Source of the DNA: a virus
Length of the DNA stretch: 64,000 nucleotides
IMG/VR virus record: IMGVR_UViG_3300050821_001198
Location: 1 to 64,000 of that record
Strand: one strand, 5' to 3'
Program-made: the position numbers and the translations under genes
The notes under the pieces: generated by a model
The model's database searches: none
What the model was told of the DNA's origin: nothing
Seen by the model: the letters and a program-made list of their open reading frames with translations, nothing else
In this document: positions 8,590-16,704 of the stretch, piece by piece
How positions within the stretch are numbered: position 1 is the first letter of the stretch
Layout of the letters: every line of letters starts with the position of its first letter

Positions 8590-8891
8590 CGCCGAGAGAC
8601 CTCTCCGGTCCCGTGACAGCGCCAGCATCGCTCGGTGGCCTTGTTCGGGTGGTACCAGCCCGCCATCTCGAAGAGGGTGGCGAGCAAGATCCAGAGCCCG
8701 ATCAGCAGGGCGATACCAACCGCCATCCAGAGGATGATCTCGACCATACCTGGAAGCAGGCGAGCGCTCTTGGGGAACGGCCAGACAGTCTGGGAGCTTC
8801 CTCTGACTTCCCAGAGCCCAAACAGCGCTCCGAGAGCCATCGTCACCAGAATGGTGATTGCGGTGAACTTGGCGAAGACCTTGCGTGTCAT
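8586..8891 (-). CDS. membrane protein with C-terminal CxxCxGxG motif
   Basis: Two hydrophobic helices; CWRCHGTG. Confidence 0.65.
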   Translation of the reverse strand: MTRKVFAKFTAITILVTMALGALFGLWEVRGSSQTVWPFPKSARLLPGMVEIILWMAVGIALLIGLWILLATLFEMAGWYHPNKATERCWRCHGTGEVSRR

Positions 8892-8961
8892 TTCTTCGCG
8901 TCTCCCGTCTTGACCTTGTGGCCGCCCATGTTGAGGGACAGCCCGGTGACCTTGCTCACGC

Positions 8962-9147
8962 TCATGACTGAGCCTTGGCGAGACGGAGCGCCTCGCGGGT
9001 ACCGGCGTGGCCGCGCGTGAGAGCCCTCTGGAGCTTCTCCTGCGTGCTCAGGCGGTCGTAGGCTGCCTGGCGGGTGTCCGCGTCCTCCTGGCGCTGTGCG
9101 AGCCTGTCAGGACGTGTGTGATTGTGACTGCGAGCACGATGGCCCAT
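8962..9147 (-). CDS. small basic protein
   Basis: GAGAGG RBS before MGHRARS. Confidence 0.6.
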   Translation of the reverse strand: MGHRARSHNHTRPDRLAQRQEDADTRQAAYDRLSTQEKLQRALTRGHAGTREALRLAKAQS

Positions 9148-9309
9148 ATGGTGCCTCTCCCCGCTGGCGAGACCGTGGCCGCGTCCAGCTTGAGTAGTAG
9201 GTGATGCGTGCCGGTTGTTCGCAAACGAACCGATCTCCGCTAGTGTAGGGACTCTCGAAGTCATCCGCAAGGACGTATTCGAGGAACTGCATCAGTTGGA
9301 GTAGCCGGA

Positions 9310-9567
9310 TCACGACGCGGCAACCTCATCGAGAGAGGCGATCACTCGGTCAAGCTCACTGAAGGGCCGGACGGTGATGTAGTAGTTTGAGGTCTCATCG
9401 GCCGCAGCTTGCAGCCGGTCGATCTGATCCTGATTGTTGACCAGCACCCGAAAGAGGACCCGGCCGCCATAGCCGTCAGTGACCTCCGCGATCTTGGTCT
9501 TGAACTCCATGGCGGGCATCAGCGGTGGCTCCCCTGATCGTCTCCAACGTAGCCTCGTTGGCTCCAT
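9310..9567 (-). CDS. hypothetical protein
   Basis: ORF in chain. Confidence 0.55.
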   Translation of the reverse strand: MEPTRLRWRRSGEPPLMPAMEFKTKIAEVTDGYGGRVLFRVLVNNQDQIDRLQAAADETSNYYITVRPFSELDRVIASLDEVAAS

Positions 9568-9752
9568 GCAGCCCGCTCGTTCGCGGCGCGGATGATCGCG
9601 TCAAACGCTTCGGTCCACGCCTGAACATTCCCTAGGTAGCTGTCCTGCGACCGGACCCACGCTCGGGCCTCGTCGCTGACGTGGATGTAGGCGTATGGCT
9701 GGCGATCAACGAGAGCGGCAAGCTGCTCGTCGGTAAGTTCGAGTGTGACCAT
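9519..9752 (-). CDS. hypothetical protein
   Basis: TAATG overlap at 9752. Confidence 0.55.
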   Translation of the reverse strand: MVTLELTDEQLAALVDRQPYAYIHVSDEARAWVRSQDSYLGNVQAWTEAFDAIIRAANERAAWSQRGYVGDDQGSHR

Positions 9753-10180
9753 TACGAACCCCACTTCCCGGCCGTCAGGAGATCTTCGCGCGGCTCGTGA
9801 TCCGGAAAGAAGCTGCGGACGTGCATGACGGCTAGGCTCGTCTCGATAGGTAGCCGACTGTCTGAGTCAATGATCCGGGCGTTCGCCACGCTCCGGTCCT
9901 TACCGTCCGGCGAGTAGCAGTTCTTGAAGTAGCCGTAGACCTGGCTCAGCCATTCCTCGGTCGGCTCCATCTCAGCCGCTGCGTACAGCAGGGCGATCTC
10001 GGCCTTGATCTCGGCGGGCACGTAGTCCTGATCGATGGCATGCAAGAGGCTAAGGCTACTCGCCTCCTTGCCATTGGCATAGCGCTCGACCACATGGTAC
10101 TCACGCTGCGGTGAGCCCGGAGGGTCCAGGAAGCTACTCATGCTCCCGGCGACGATACGGAACTTGTTGGGGCGAGGCAT
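9752..10180 (-). CDS. hypothetical protein
   Basis: GGAGG RBS; TGATG overlap. Confidence 0.65.
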   Translation of the reverse strand: MPRPNKFRIVAGSMSSFLDPPGSPQREYHVVERYANGKEASSLSLLHAIDQDYVPAEIKAEIALLYAAAEMEPTEEWLSQVYGYFKNCYSPDGKDRSVANARIIDSDSRLPIETSLAVMHVRSFFPDHEPREDLLTAGKWGS

Positions 10181-10413
10181 CAGACCTCCCGGAAATCGTA
10201 TTGGAGAGCGTTCTTGAGGATCTCGCGGAAGCCATCCTGCGGCGTCCCATAGGTGCCTGGCGTGAAGCCGAGACCAAGCTCGACCTCGGTTGAGTAGCTC
10301 GGGTGCGGCTGTCGGCGGAGGCGCTCCTGCTCGTCCTCGTCGTAGACGCCGTAAAGCTCCCAGCGGATCGATTGGCCGTTACCGGCCTCGTGTCGTTCGA
10401 GCTTGAGGATCAT
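10180..10413 (-). CDS. hypothetical protein
   Basis: ATGA overlap at 10410-10413. Confidence 0.6.
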   Translation of the reverse strand: MILKLERHEAGNGQSIRWELYGVYDEDEQERLRRQPHPSYSTEVELGLGFTPGTYGTPQDGFREILKNALQYDFREV

Positions 10414-10715
10414 GACTCGTCCCGGTTGTAGTGAAGTTGGACGCACGGTGCGAAGTGAACATCGTGCAGATACGGCGAGTAGTCGGCGGGGTCGCTCGGG
10501 TCATACTGGAAGTTGCCCGGGTCGTAGATGTTCTGAACTACCTCATCGACGCTCGACGCCTCGATGGTCCAGCCGTTCTCAGCCTCTTCGCGAATGGCTC
10601 CGCGCTTGAGATCGGCGCAACCCTCGGCGTGGACGTGGAAGGTACCCTGGCGCTGAAGCGAGCCGGGAAGGTTGGGGCCGACGATTGTGACGCGCTGGCT
10701 CATGATTGTGGTCAT
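10410..10715 (-). CDS. hypothetical protein with His/Cys motifs
   Basis: FHVHAEGCAD...HFAPC; leaderless start. Confidence 0.7.
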   Translation of the reverse strand: MTTIMSQRVTIVGPNLPGSLQRQGTFHVHAEGCADLKRGAIREEAENGWTIEASSVDEVVQNIYDPGNFQYDPSDPADYSPYLHDVHFAPCVQLHYNRDES

Positions 10716-10721
10716 GGCTCT

Positions 10722-10751
10722 AGAATAGCACAAGTGCTAGTCCGTTGTCAA
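10722..10751 (-). promoter_or_regulatory. promoter TTGACA-N18-TATTCT
   Basis: ATG 6 nt downstream. Confidence 0.75.
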
Positions 10752-10934
10752 CCCGTCCCAGAGAACGGAGAAGTTCAGACCCGTCCTAACGACTCGACCG
10801 GCCTCATTGATGAAGTGCTCGACGCCGTTGGGCGTCGTAGCCCTCACCAGACCGTCTGTGTAGCCCTGTGAGACTGCCACGCGGCCGTGCTTGAGCGCGA
10901 GCCGCTCGATTGCGTTGTCGATCTCTCGGGCCAT
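10737..10934 (-). CDS. hypothetical protein
   Basis: GGAGG RBS. Confidence 0.6.
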   Translation of the reverse strand: MAREIDNAIERLALKHGRVAVSQGYTDGLVRATTPNGVEHFINEAGRVVRTGLNFSVLWDGLTTD

Positions 10935-11043
10935 CAGACGTTCCTCCGGATGTAGGCGGTCCCGTTGTCCTCGGCCATCTCACGGCGGAGATCGGCCACG
11001 CTCTCGCCGTATTCCTCGGCGTACTCGTAGATGTTGAGGCGGC

Positions 11044-11346
11044 TCATGACTCCACCCGGACTGCGAAGTCCATGCCGGTCGCCTTCGCGTTATTCGACCA
11101 ACGCTTGACGATGACGATGCGCTCACCGGTCCGGACGACGCGCCCCTCGACAACCTCACGCTGGCGCTCGCGGCCGACGGACGCGACGTGCACACAGGCG
11201 GTGTCCCACCGGCAAATCGCATAGGCGTAGTGGCCAGCGCTGCGACGGGTGTTGCGAACGACCCGACCGCCGTCACTGCGGACGACGGTGTGGACGACGT
11301 TGCGACCGGCCTGGCGGGCGGTGGCTGAGACAGTGATCTGGTTCAT
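11044..11346 (-). CDS. hypothetical basic protein
   Basis: Leaderless ATG 7 nt after TATAAT. Confidence 0.6.
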   Translation of the reverse strand: MNQITVSATARQAGRNVVHTVVRSDGGRVVRNTRRSAGHYAYAICRWDTACVHVASVGRERQREVVEGRVVRTGERIVIVKRWSNNAKATGMDFAVRVES

Positions 11347-11353
11347 GTCGATC

Positions 11354-11382
11354 ATTATAGCGGGTGCCATAGTCCCTGTCAA
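11354..11382 (-). promoter_or_regulatory. promoter TTGACA-N17-TATAAT
   Basis: Perfect consensus; -35 overlaps the ardC stop. Confidence 0.85.
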
Positions 11383-12242
11383 CCCTCGTCCGTCTTAGGG
11401 CCTTCCAGGATGTACTCGGCCGCGTGAGTCGCCCGGTTGGCAGCGGTGACGACAAGCTTCTTGTCGTTGCCCAGCGCCTTGAGCCAAGAGGCGATGTAGG
11501 CCGCACTGTTCTCGACATCGGGAGCGATGCCGACCTTGGCGCAGACCATGGCGGAGCCGATCTCTGCCACAAGCTCTTCGCGGCTGTAGGTCTGTGAGCC
11601 AAACCGTCCGGCGGCGAGATCCTCGCGTGCGAGGCGCTTGCTGTGGCCCGTGCTGTGGATCAGTTCGTGGAACTGAGCCCGGTAGTAGTCCTCCAAGGTG
11701 TTGAACCGCTCGGGCTCGGGCATCCGAACCTCGTCCAGTTGCGGGTTGTAGCTTGCGGCGATGCTGTCGATCTTGTAGGCCGGGGCATCGACATAGCCAT
11801 CCAGCACCGAATCGCCGCGCTCTTCGCACGAGCGGTCTTCAAGGTAGCCGAGACCCTCGGTCATCGGCTCAAGCTCAAGGCCCTCGGTCTGACGGACGTT
11901 GAACACGTAGAAGTAGCGGAGCATCGGGATCTTCTTGGGCTTGCCCTTCGCGTCCACTTCCTTCTTGCTCTCCAGCATCTTGAAGAAGACGACGAGCGAG
12001 CCCTTCTCGCCCTTCTTGACCTTGCCGCCCTTGTCGCTGATCGCCTTGAACGTGCCCCAGCGAGGATCATCGTAGCCCTCGCAGCCCAGCAGCAGAATGT
12101 TGATCCCGCGATAGGGCCGCCCATCGAGATTGCGGGGCATACCTACGGCCGCATCCCAAGGCTTGGTCCAGGGCACGACGCCCTTCTCAAGCTGCGCCAC
12201 GATCTTGTCGGTGACTACCTGGTATGCGTCAAGCTTGGGCAT
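11379..12242 (-). CDS. ardC: ArdC-like ssDNA-binding antirestriction protein with zincin-like C-terminal domain
   Basis: YQVVTDKIVAQLEKGVVPW.KPW, YRGIN, KGEKG, VFN..QTEG, HELIHSTGH, EELVAEIGS. Confidence 0.92.
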   Translation of the reverse strand: MPKLDAYQVVTDKIVAQLEKGVVPWTKPWDAAVGMPRNLDGRPYRGINILLLGCEGYDDPRWGTFKAISDKGGKVKKGEKGSLVVFFKMLESKKEVDAKGKPKKIPMLRYFYVFNVRQTEGLELEPMTEGLGYLEDRSCEERGDSVLDGYVDAPAYKIDSIAASYNPQLDEVRMPEPERFNTLEDYYRAQFHELIHSTGHSKRLAREDLAAGRFGSQTYSREELVAEIGSAMVCAKVGIAPDVENSAAYIASWLKALGNDKKLVVTAANRATHAAEYILEGPKTDEG

Positions 12243-12273
12243 TTCTAGGTCCGTTCTCTCGGTTACAGGACAT

Positions 12274-12302
12274 AGAATAGCGCGATTGGCGATCTATGTC
12301 AA
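12274..12302 (-). promoter_or_regulatory. promoter TTGACA-N17-TATTCT (ardC)
   Basis: Read directly. Confidence 0.78.
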
Positions 12303-12308
12303 GTAAAG

Positions 12309-12632
12309 TCAAGCGGTGAGCCCGGAGGGTCCAGTAAAGTCAAGCGGTCTGATCCGGTAATCCTCCGGGACCCGGACGTGGTAGTGCTCACAGTACATGA
12401 GAGCTAGGTCGGCCATGACCATCTTCCGCGTCTCGTCGTCGGGGACCAATCTCCGCACGATCCCACTAACCTCGGCGCGGCTAGCGTTCCGGGCCGTCTG
12501 ACACGTTGCCCGTAGGTAATCAAGGGCATAGGTGTACGGGAATCTGGTCGGGATGAATGCCTGCTCCAACGTAGGCTCGTTGTAGTTGAGCGTCGTCAGA
12601 ACATCGTTAGTTGCGGCGGAGCGCCAAATCAT
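12309..12632 (-). CDS. hypothetical protein
   Basis: TRFPYTYA.DYLR pattern. Confidence 0.6.
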   Translation of the reverse strand: MIWRSAATNDVLTTLNYNEPTLEQAFIPTRFPYTYALDYLRATCQTARNASRAEVSGIVRRLVPDDETRKMVMADLALMYCEHYHVRVPEDYRIRPLDFTGPSGLTA

Positions 12633-12862
12633 GTCTCGCCGCGCTTGCGAGCGTTGTCGATCACGTCCTGGACGTTGTAGCGGAACCCGCCCTTAGCACG
12701 CGGCTTCTCTTCGCCGCACCAGCAGCAGTAGTGAACCTGTTTCTTGACCGTAGCCATCGGATCGACGGCCACGGTCTTAGACCGGCAGAAGCAGTGCTTA
12801 CAGGGCTCGTTCAGACCGTACATTATCTCAGTCTCCAATCTCGACATCGACGCGGCCGACAA
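12629..12862 (-). CDS. small Zn-finger protein (start uncertain)
   Basis: CKHCFC...CCWCG. Confidence 0.5.
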   Translation of the reverse strand: MSAASMSRLETEIMYGLNEPCKHCFCRSKTVAVDPMATVKKQVHYCCWCGEEKPRAKGGFRYNVQDVIDNARKRGET

Positions 12863-13169
12863 CCTGGAAGGGAGACGGACCGGTGCGATTGTACTTGGGC
12901 CGCCGTGCCTCGCGTGCCTCAGCAGCGAGGTCGCGAACGGGCAGACGCTTGTTGCCCACCCTCACGAGCGACTGCTTCGAGACAAGCCCGATGAACTCAC
13001 CGCTCTCGGCGTGCTGGACGTAGACCATGCCGAACGTGCCATTGCGGGGTGTGTTCGGCGGCTGAACGATGTGGACCTCCTGGCCGGTGTGGCGCAGGAC
13101 TCGTGAGTCCGTGCGATCCATGAGACCGGCGGGGTCGATCCGGAAGACCTGTTGCTTGCGGACGCTCAT
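12828..13169 (-). CDS. hypothetical phage protein
   Basis: Start MSVRKQ (ATGA overlap). Confidence 0.65.
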   Translation of the reverse strand: MSVRKQQVFRIDPAGLMDRTDSRVLRHTGQEVHIVQPPNTPRNGTFGMVYVQHAESGEFIGLVSKQSLVRVGNKRLPVRDLAAEAREARRPKYNRTGPSPFQVVGRVDVEIGD

Positions 13170-13447
13170 GCCGACTCTCCGATCTGTGAAAGCTGTCCGA
13201 ACCACTTGGCGAAACGAGCCGAGACCTGGCAGTTCGCCCCAAAGCGAGCATTGCCGCCCCGGTCGTCCACCGTGTGGAAAATGGGCTCACCGCTTGTGTC
13301 CACCGTGCCATCCCAATCGGCCGTGATGATCTCATCCACGACCTGGAACTGGTAGGCAACGCGGCGCTCAAGCTCGACGCCCCGGTAGCGGCCGACAAGG
13401 CGCTTCTTGCGCGGATGCCAAGTGAGTGTGTTCTCGTGTGTGCTCAT
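13166..13447 (-). CDS. hypothetical protein
   Basis: Leaderless start. Confidence 0.65.
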   Translation of the reverse strand: MSTHENTLTWHPRKKRLVGRYRGVELERRVAYQFQVVDEIITADWDGTVDTSGEPIFHTVDDRGGNARFGANCQVSARFAKWFGQLSQIGESA

Positions 13448-13453
13448 GACTCT

Positions 13454-13482
13454 ATGATATCGTATCGCTGGCGGTTTGTCAA
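13454..13482 (-). promoter_or_regulatory. promoter TTGACA-N17-TATCAT
   Basis: ATG 6 nt downstream. Confidence 0.78.
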
Positions 13483-13598
13483 CTACGCCGGATCTACGAT
13501 CTCGAAGTCGCCGCCGTCAATGGGGAACTCGTCCTCGTCGTTGATGCTCTGGCAGTTCGGACAGGCTACAGCGGGCTTAGGTGGGCTCTGGGCGGCCA

Positions 13599-14042
13599 TC
13601 AGGCGGCCATCAGTTCGCGGTAGATGAACCCCTTGCCGAGACACTTGGTGATGAACACCTTGTCGCCTCCGAGCTTGACTACCTCGCCGTTGTAGACGTA
13701 AGCGTACTTCGGAATCGAGAGACACCCCTTGACGAACTTCTCGCCGTCCTCGGTGACCCTCCACCAGCCCGCACGACCGCCGTCCGTGCGGACCTCTTCA
13801 CTCTCTTCAAGCAGCCCCCAGTATGCGAGCTTACCTTCCTCGCGGGACGCTCTGTCGGTCGTAGTCGGGACATGCTGCCACTCGCGACCGGACGCCTTAT
13901 ACATCGTGATCAGCGAGCGGGCCATCCCGCTGTTGACCGTCCGCTTGTAGATCTTGGCGAACTGGCCACAGCAGGGGCATTCGATCCCCTCTTCGAGGCC
14001 TCCGAAGAGAATGTCGATGGCCTGATCTAGCGTGAGGGACAT
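13599..14042 (-). CDS. phage protein with CPCCG motif and probable winged helix
   Basis: CPCCGQFAKIYKR...LAYWGLL...GWWRVT..G. Confidence 0.7.
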   Translation of the reverse strand: MSLTLDQAIDILFGGLEEGIECPCCGQFAKIYKRTVNSGMARSLITMYKASGREWQHVPTTTDRASREEGKLAYWGLLEESEEVRTDGGRAGWWRVTEDGEKFVKGCLSIPKYAYVYNGEVVKLGGDKVFITKCLGKGFIYRELMAA

Positions 14043-14359
14043 GCGAGCCTTCCTGTCCAGTAGTTGATCTGTTCCGAGACCGGCCAGACTTCCTCGATCT
14101 CGCTCTCGCTCAGCGTCAGCGTCCGGCCGCTCGGGAGGGTGAGGATCAGGTCAGTGCCGCCGTGGCGGCCGTCCTCATCGGCGTCCTCCCAGCACTCGTA
14201 GCTGGTGACCTGGGCGAACTCATCCTCATCCTCGATCCAGACGCGACAGTCGGCGTAGTTCTCGAAGGTGGGCGGCACGTCGCCCTGGTTGCGCTGGTAG
14301 GGGGCCTCTAACCACTGATCGTAAGACATTGCGCCCTCACACGCTGGACACCACTTCAT
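14027..14359 (-). CDS. hypothetical acidic protein
   Basis: Likely start MKWCPACE. Confidence 0.55.
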   Translation of the reverse strand: MKWCPACEGAMSYDQWLEAPYQRNQGDVPPTFENYADCRVWIEDEDEFAQVTSYECWEDADEDGRHGGTDLILTLPSGRTLTLSESEIEEVWPVSEQINYWTGRLACPSR

Positions 14360-14361
14360 GG

Positions 14362-14724
14362 CTATGCCGCCACCGAGGCGCGGGGCAGGCGGGTGAGGAA
14401 GTCCGTGCTGGGGCCGTTGTACTGGGCCATCTGGCGGCACTGCGTCACGAAGTCCTCGACGCCCTTGTAGAAGCCGATGTGGGCCTCCGGGTCCTTGGCG
14501 AAGAGGTCTGCGATCAGCCAGCCCCATGCGGTCCAGGAGGCGGCGCGTCCCTCGCGACCGTTGCAGGCGCGGCGGCCCGTGTGACTGTTGCAGTAGAGGG
14601 TGATCGCGCCACGCTTGCCGACGAGAAGCTCGTCGATCCAGATATCGTGGCCCTGCTCGCGGGCGGCCTTGGCGGCCTGGACAACATCGCTGTGGGTGAG
14701 GGTGGTGCCGGTCTTGATGCGCAT
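14362..14724 (-). CDS. hypothetical phage protein
   Basis: AASW..WGW....LF..DP.A..G.Y pattern; own promoter. Confidence 0.7.
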   Translation of the reverse strand: MRIKTGTTLTHSDVVQAAKAAREQGHDIWIDELLVGKRGAITLYCNSHTGRRACNGREGRAASWTAWGWLIADLFAKDPEAHIGFYKGVEDFVTQCRQMAQYNGPSTDFLTRLPRASVAA

Positions 14725-14754
14725 TCTGTACTCCGTTTCGCTTGCTGTTCCTAC

Positions 14755-14783
14755 AGTTTACCAGGTCAAAGAGTGACTGTCAA
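14755..14783 (-). promoter_or_regulatory. promoter TTGACA-N17-TAAACT
   Basis: With extended TGG. Confidence 0.75.
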
Positions 14784-14875
14784 GGACCTAGAAGCCTCGG
14801 TCGGTCGAGAGTGTTTCGACTGCCCCGCCCTTGGCGCGACCCGACTTGAGCAATTGGTGCCTTGTTCATGGACAT

Positions 14876-14904
14876 AGAATACCATGTCCGTGCGTCAATG
14901 TCAA
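14876..14904 (-). promoter_or_regulatory. promoter TTGACA-N17-TATTCT; -10 flanked by inverted repeat GGACAT/ATGTCC
   Basis: Read directly; drives a 29-aa ORF at 14780..14869. Confidence 0.75.
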
Positions 14905-15107
14905 CCGGGTCCGCTGTAGGTGCTCTGCGGCAGGGCGGTCTCGAAGACATACTCGCCGTGCTCGAAACCCAGCGTGCCAACCGTATCGCCGTTGGCGTCA
15001 ACGAGAGTCCCGTTGCCGATGGTGATGGTCGGCAGGTTCTCCATGTTCTCGTTGAGCTTGTCCAGGAGACACTTGAGGTCCGCAAGCTCGTTGCTAGTCA
15101 GCGTCAT
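14901..15107 (-). CDS. hypothetical protein
   Basis: GAGG RBS. Confidence 0.6.
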   Translation of the reverse strand: MTLTSNELADLKCLLDKLNENMENLPTITIGNGTLVDANGDTVGTLGFEHGEYVFETALPQSTYSGPG

Positions 15108-15255
15108 GGTTCCTCAGTTCGATTCGGGCGGCCTTTCGAGCCGCCTTGTGGTTGATCCTCTGATCGGCGTGAATACCGCCCTTCCGGCGGTGTGCATCGA
15201 CGGCGACCTTGGACGGTCCTAGATCCAGCTTGGGCTTGCGCTTGTTCCTGGCCAT
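15094..15255 (-). CDS. small basic protein
   Basis: Start MARNKRK after TTGTAT-N18-TATAAT (15265-15294). Confidence 0.6.
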   Translation of the reverse strand: MARNKRKPKLDLGPSKVAVDAHRRKGGIHADQRINHKAARKAARIELRNHDAD

Positions 15256-15418
15256 ATGTCCGCCATTATAGCAGAGGACTCCATCCAGATACAAGCTAAC
15301 GGCTCCCCAGCGCTCCAGCGCCCGCTCAACCGCCCTCATCCGGTGCAGTTGCTCGTAGGGTTGCCCTGAAGCTCCCTGCGGCCTCTTACGGACCTCACAG
15401 ACCAATACAGAGGGTAGA

Positions 15419-15463
15419 TGTCGCCGTACGATGACATACTGCTCTTGACACCGTACGGCGACA
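15419..15463. terminator. long inverted repeat just downstream of rIIB
   Basis: TGTCGCCGTACG...CGTACGGCGACA, 12-bp perfect arms extendable with mismatches. Confidence 0.6.
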
Positions 15464-15468
15464 CCGTG

Positions 15469-16641
15469 CTACTCGTTGACCTTCCAGGACGAGCGCTTGC
15501 TCGGGTCCTCACTGATCAGGGTCCAGGGACCCATCTTGGTGGCGTACTTGACGAAGTTCTGACGCCTCGTCTTGGCCCGAACCTGCATCTTGGTGAATGC
15601 GCCCTTGGTCGGGTTCTTCACCGGCTCGTCTTCCTGCGGTGCCTCGGGCTCGGCAGCCGCGTCCTCGCCGCAGACACACCACTCGGGCGTGTTGCCGCAG
15701 ACGCACTCAACCTCGTCCTCGTCGTACTCGGGTTCCAGCCCGTCCTCATCGACAGGGATATCCTCGTCAATGGGGAACTCGTCCTCGTGCGTACGGACCG
15801 GCGGAGTCACGACGACATCCGGGTTCGTCAGCACCAGCGCGTCCTCGATCTTGCTCGTCACGCCGTCGCGGATGATCTCGTACGAGCACACCCGCATCTT
15901 CTGCGAGTCGCAATCGGTCGGGACCGAGACGACATCGCGGGGGTTGACATGGACTTCCAGCACCGTGCCAGAGCTATACATCCCCCTGGCGAAGCTGAAC
16001 GTGCCGACATGCAGCCCGGTTGAACACGGATTGCTCGGGTCGTGCTGGACGGCGCTACGAGCCATCTCCACGACGGAGCCGACGTTGTTGGGGACAGGAC
16101 CGCTCTCGTGCTCTTCGCCGTCCACGATGGCCGGACCGGAGAAGATGGACTCCCATGAAACGCCCTTCTTGGGAGACGCCTTGACACCCTTGTAGGCGAC
16201 GAACCGGCCGTCATCCGTGATCGCGAAGCTGTACCGGCCCAGCCAGTCGCAAAGCTGATCGCGGCTGTGGGGCTCGGGGTTGGCCAGCACGTTCTCGAAG
16301 AACCGCACGAGCGGACCGAACGGGAGATCGTCCGCCATGAAGCGGAGAATCTGACTGGTCAGCGCGTTGTCAACCTCATCGTGATCGACGTAGACGCGGC
16401 CGTCCTTGACAGAGATCCGGTCACTCAGCGGCTCGAACTTGCGAGCGGCGTCGGCAGCGAGATCAAGAAGCGTCTGGATCTCTTCCAGATCAGCGTTACC
16501 CTCAACCACGACGGCGTTGAAGATTTGCTGCCAGTTGGGATGGTCCTCGCGAATCGGCGGAAGAAACTCCCCACCCGCTACGAGCGTGAGGTTGAGATCG
16601 CCGTCTTCGTCACGGACCAGTGTGTACGTGTAACTGCTCAT
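15469..16641 (-). CDS. rIIB: rIIB-like protein
   Basis: ITDDGRFVAYKGV, VEMARSAV..DP..PCSTGLHVG, VNPRDVVSVP.D...KMRVC; follows rIIA. Confidence 0.88.
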   Translation of the reverse strand: MSSYTYTLVRDEDGDLNLTLVAGGEFLPPIREDHPNWQQIFNAVVVEGNADLEEIQTLLDLAADAARKFEPLSDRISVKDGRVYVDHDEVDNALTSQILRFMADDLPFGPLVRFFENVLANPEPHSRDQLCDWLGRYSFAITDDGRFVAYKGVKASPKKGVSWESIFSGPAIVDGEEHESGPVPNNVGSVVEMARSAVQHDPSNPCSTGLHVGTFSFARGMYSSGTVLEVHVNPRDVVSVPTDCDSQKMRVCSYEIIRDGVTSKIEDALVLTNPDVVVTPPVRTHEDEFPIDEDIPVDEDGLEPEYDEDEVECVCGNTPEWCVCGEDAAAEPEAPQEDEPVKNPTKGAFTKMQVRAKTRRQNFVKYATKMGPWTLISEDPSKRSSWKVNE

Positions 16642-16674
16642 CGTTGGATACCTCGGGTGGGATTCATGGTGGGT

Positions 16675-16704
16675 AGGTTAGCAGAGTGGTGGGCGGCTTG
16701 TCAA
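16675..16704 (-). promoter_or_regulatory. promoter TTGACA-N18-TAACCT overlapping the rIIA stop
   Basis: Read directly. Confidence 0.65.

Noticed and set aside
16645-16700. Three CCCACC hexamers between rIIA and rIIB
   Set aside because: Short and low-complexity; largely overlaps a promoter and leader, with no further support
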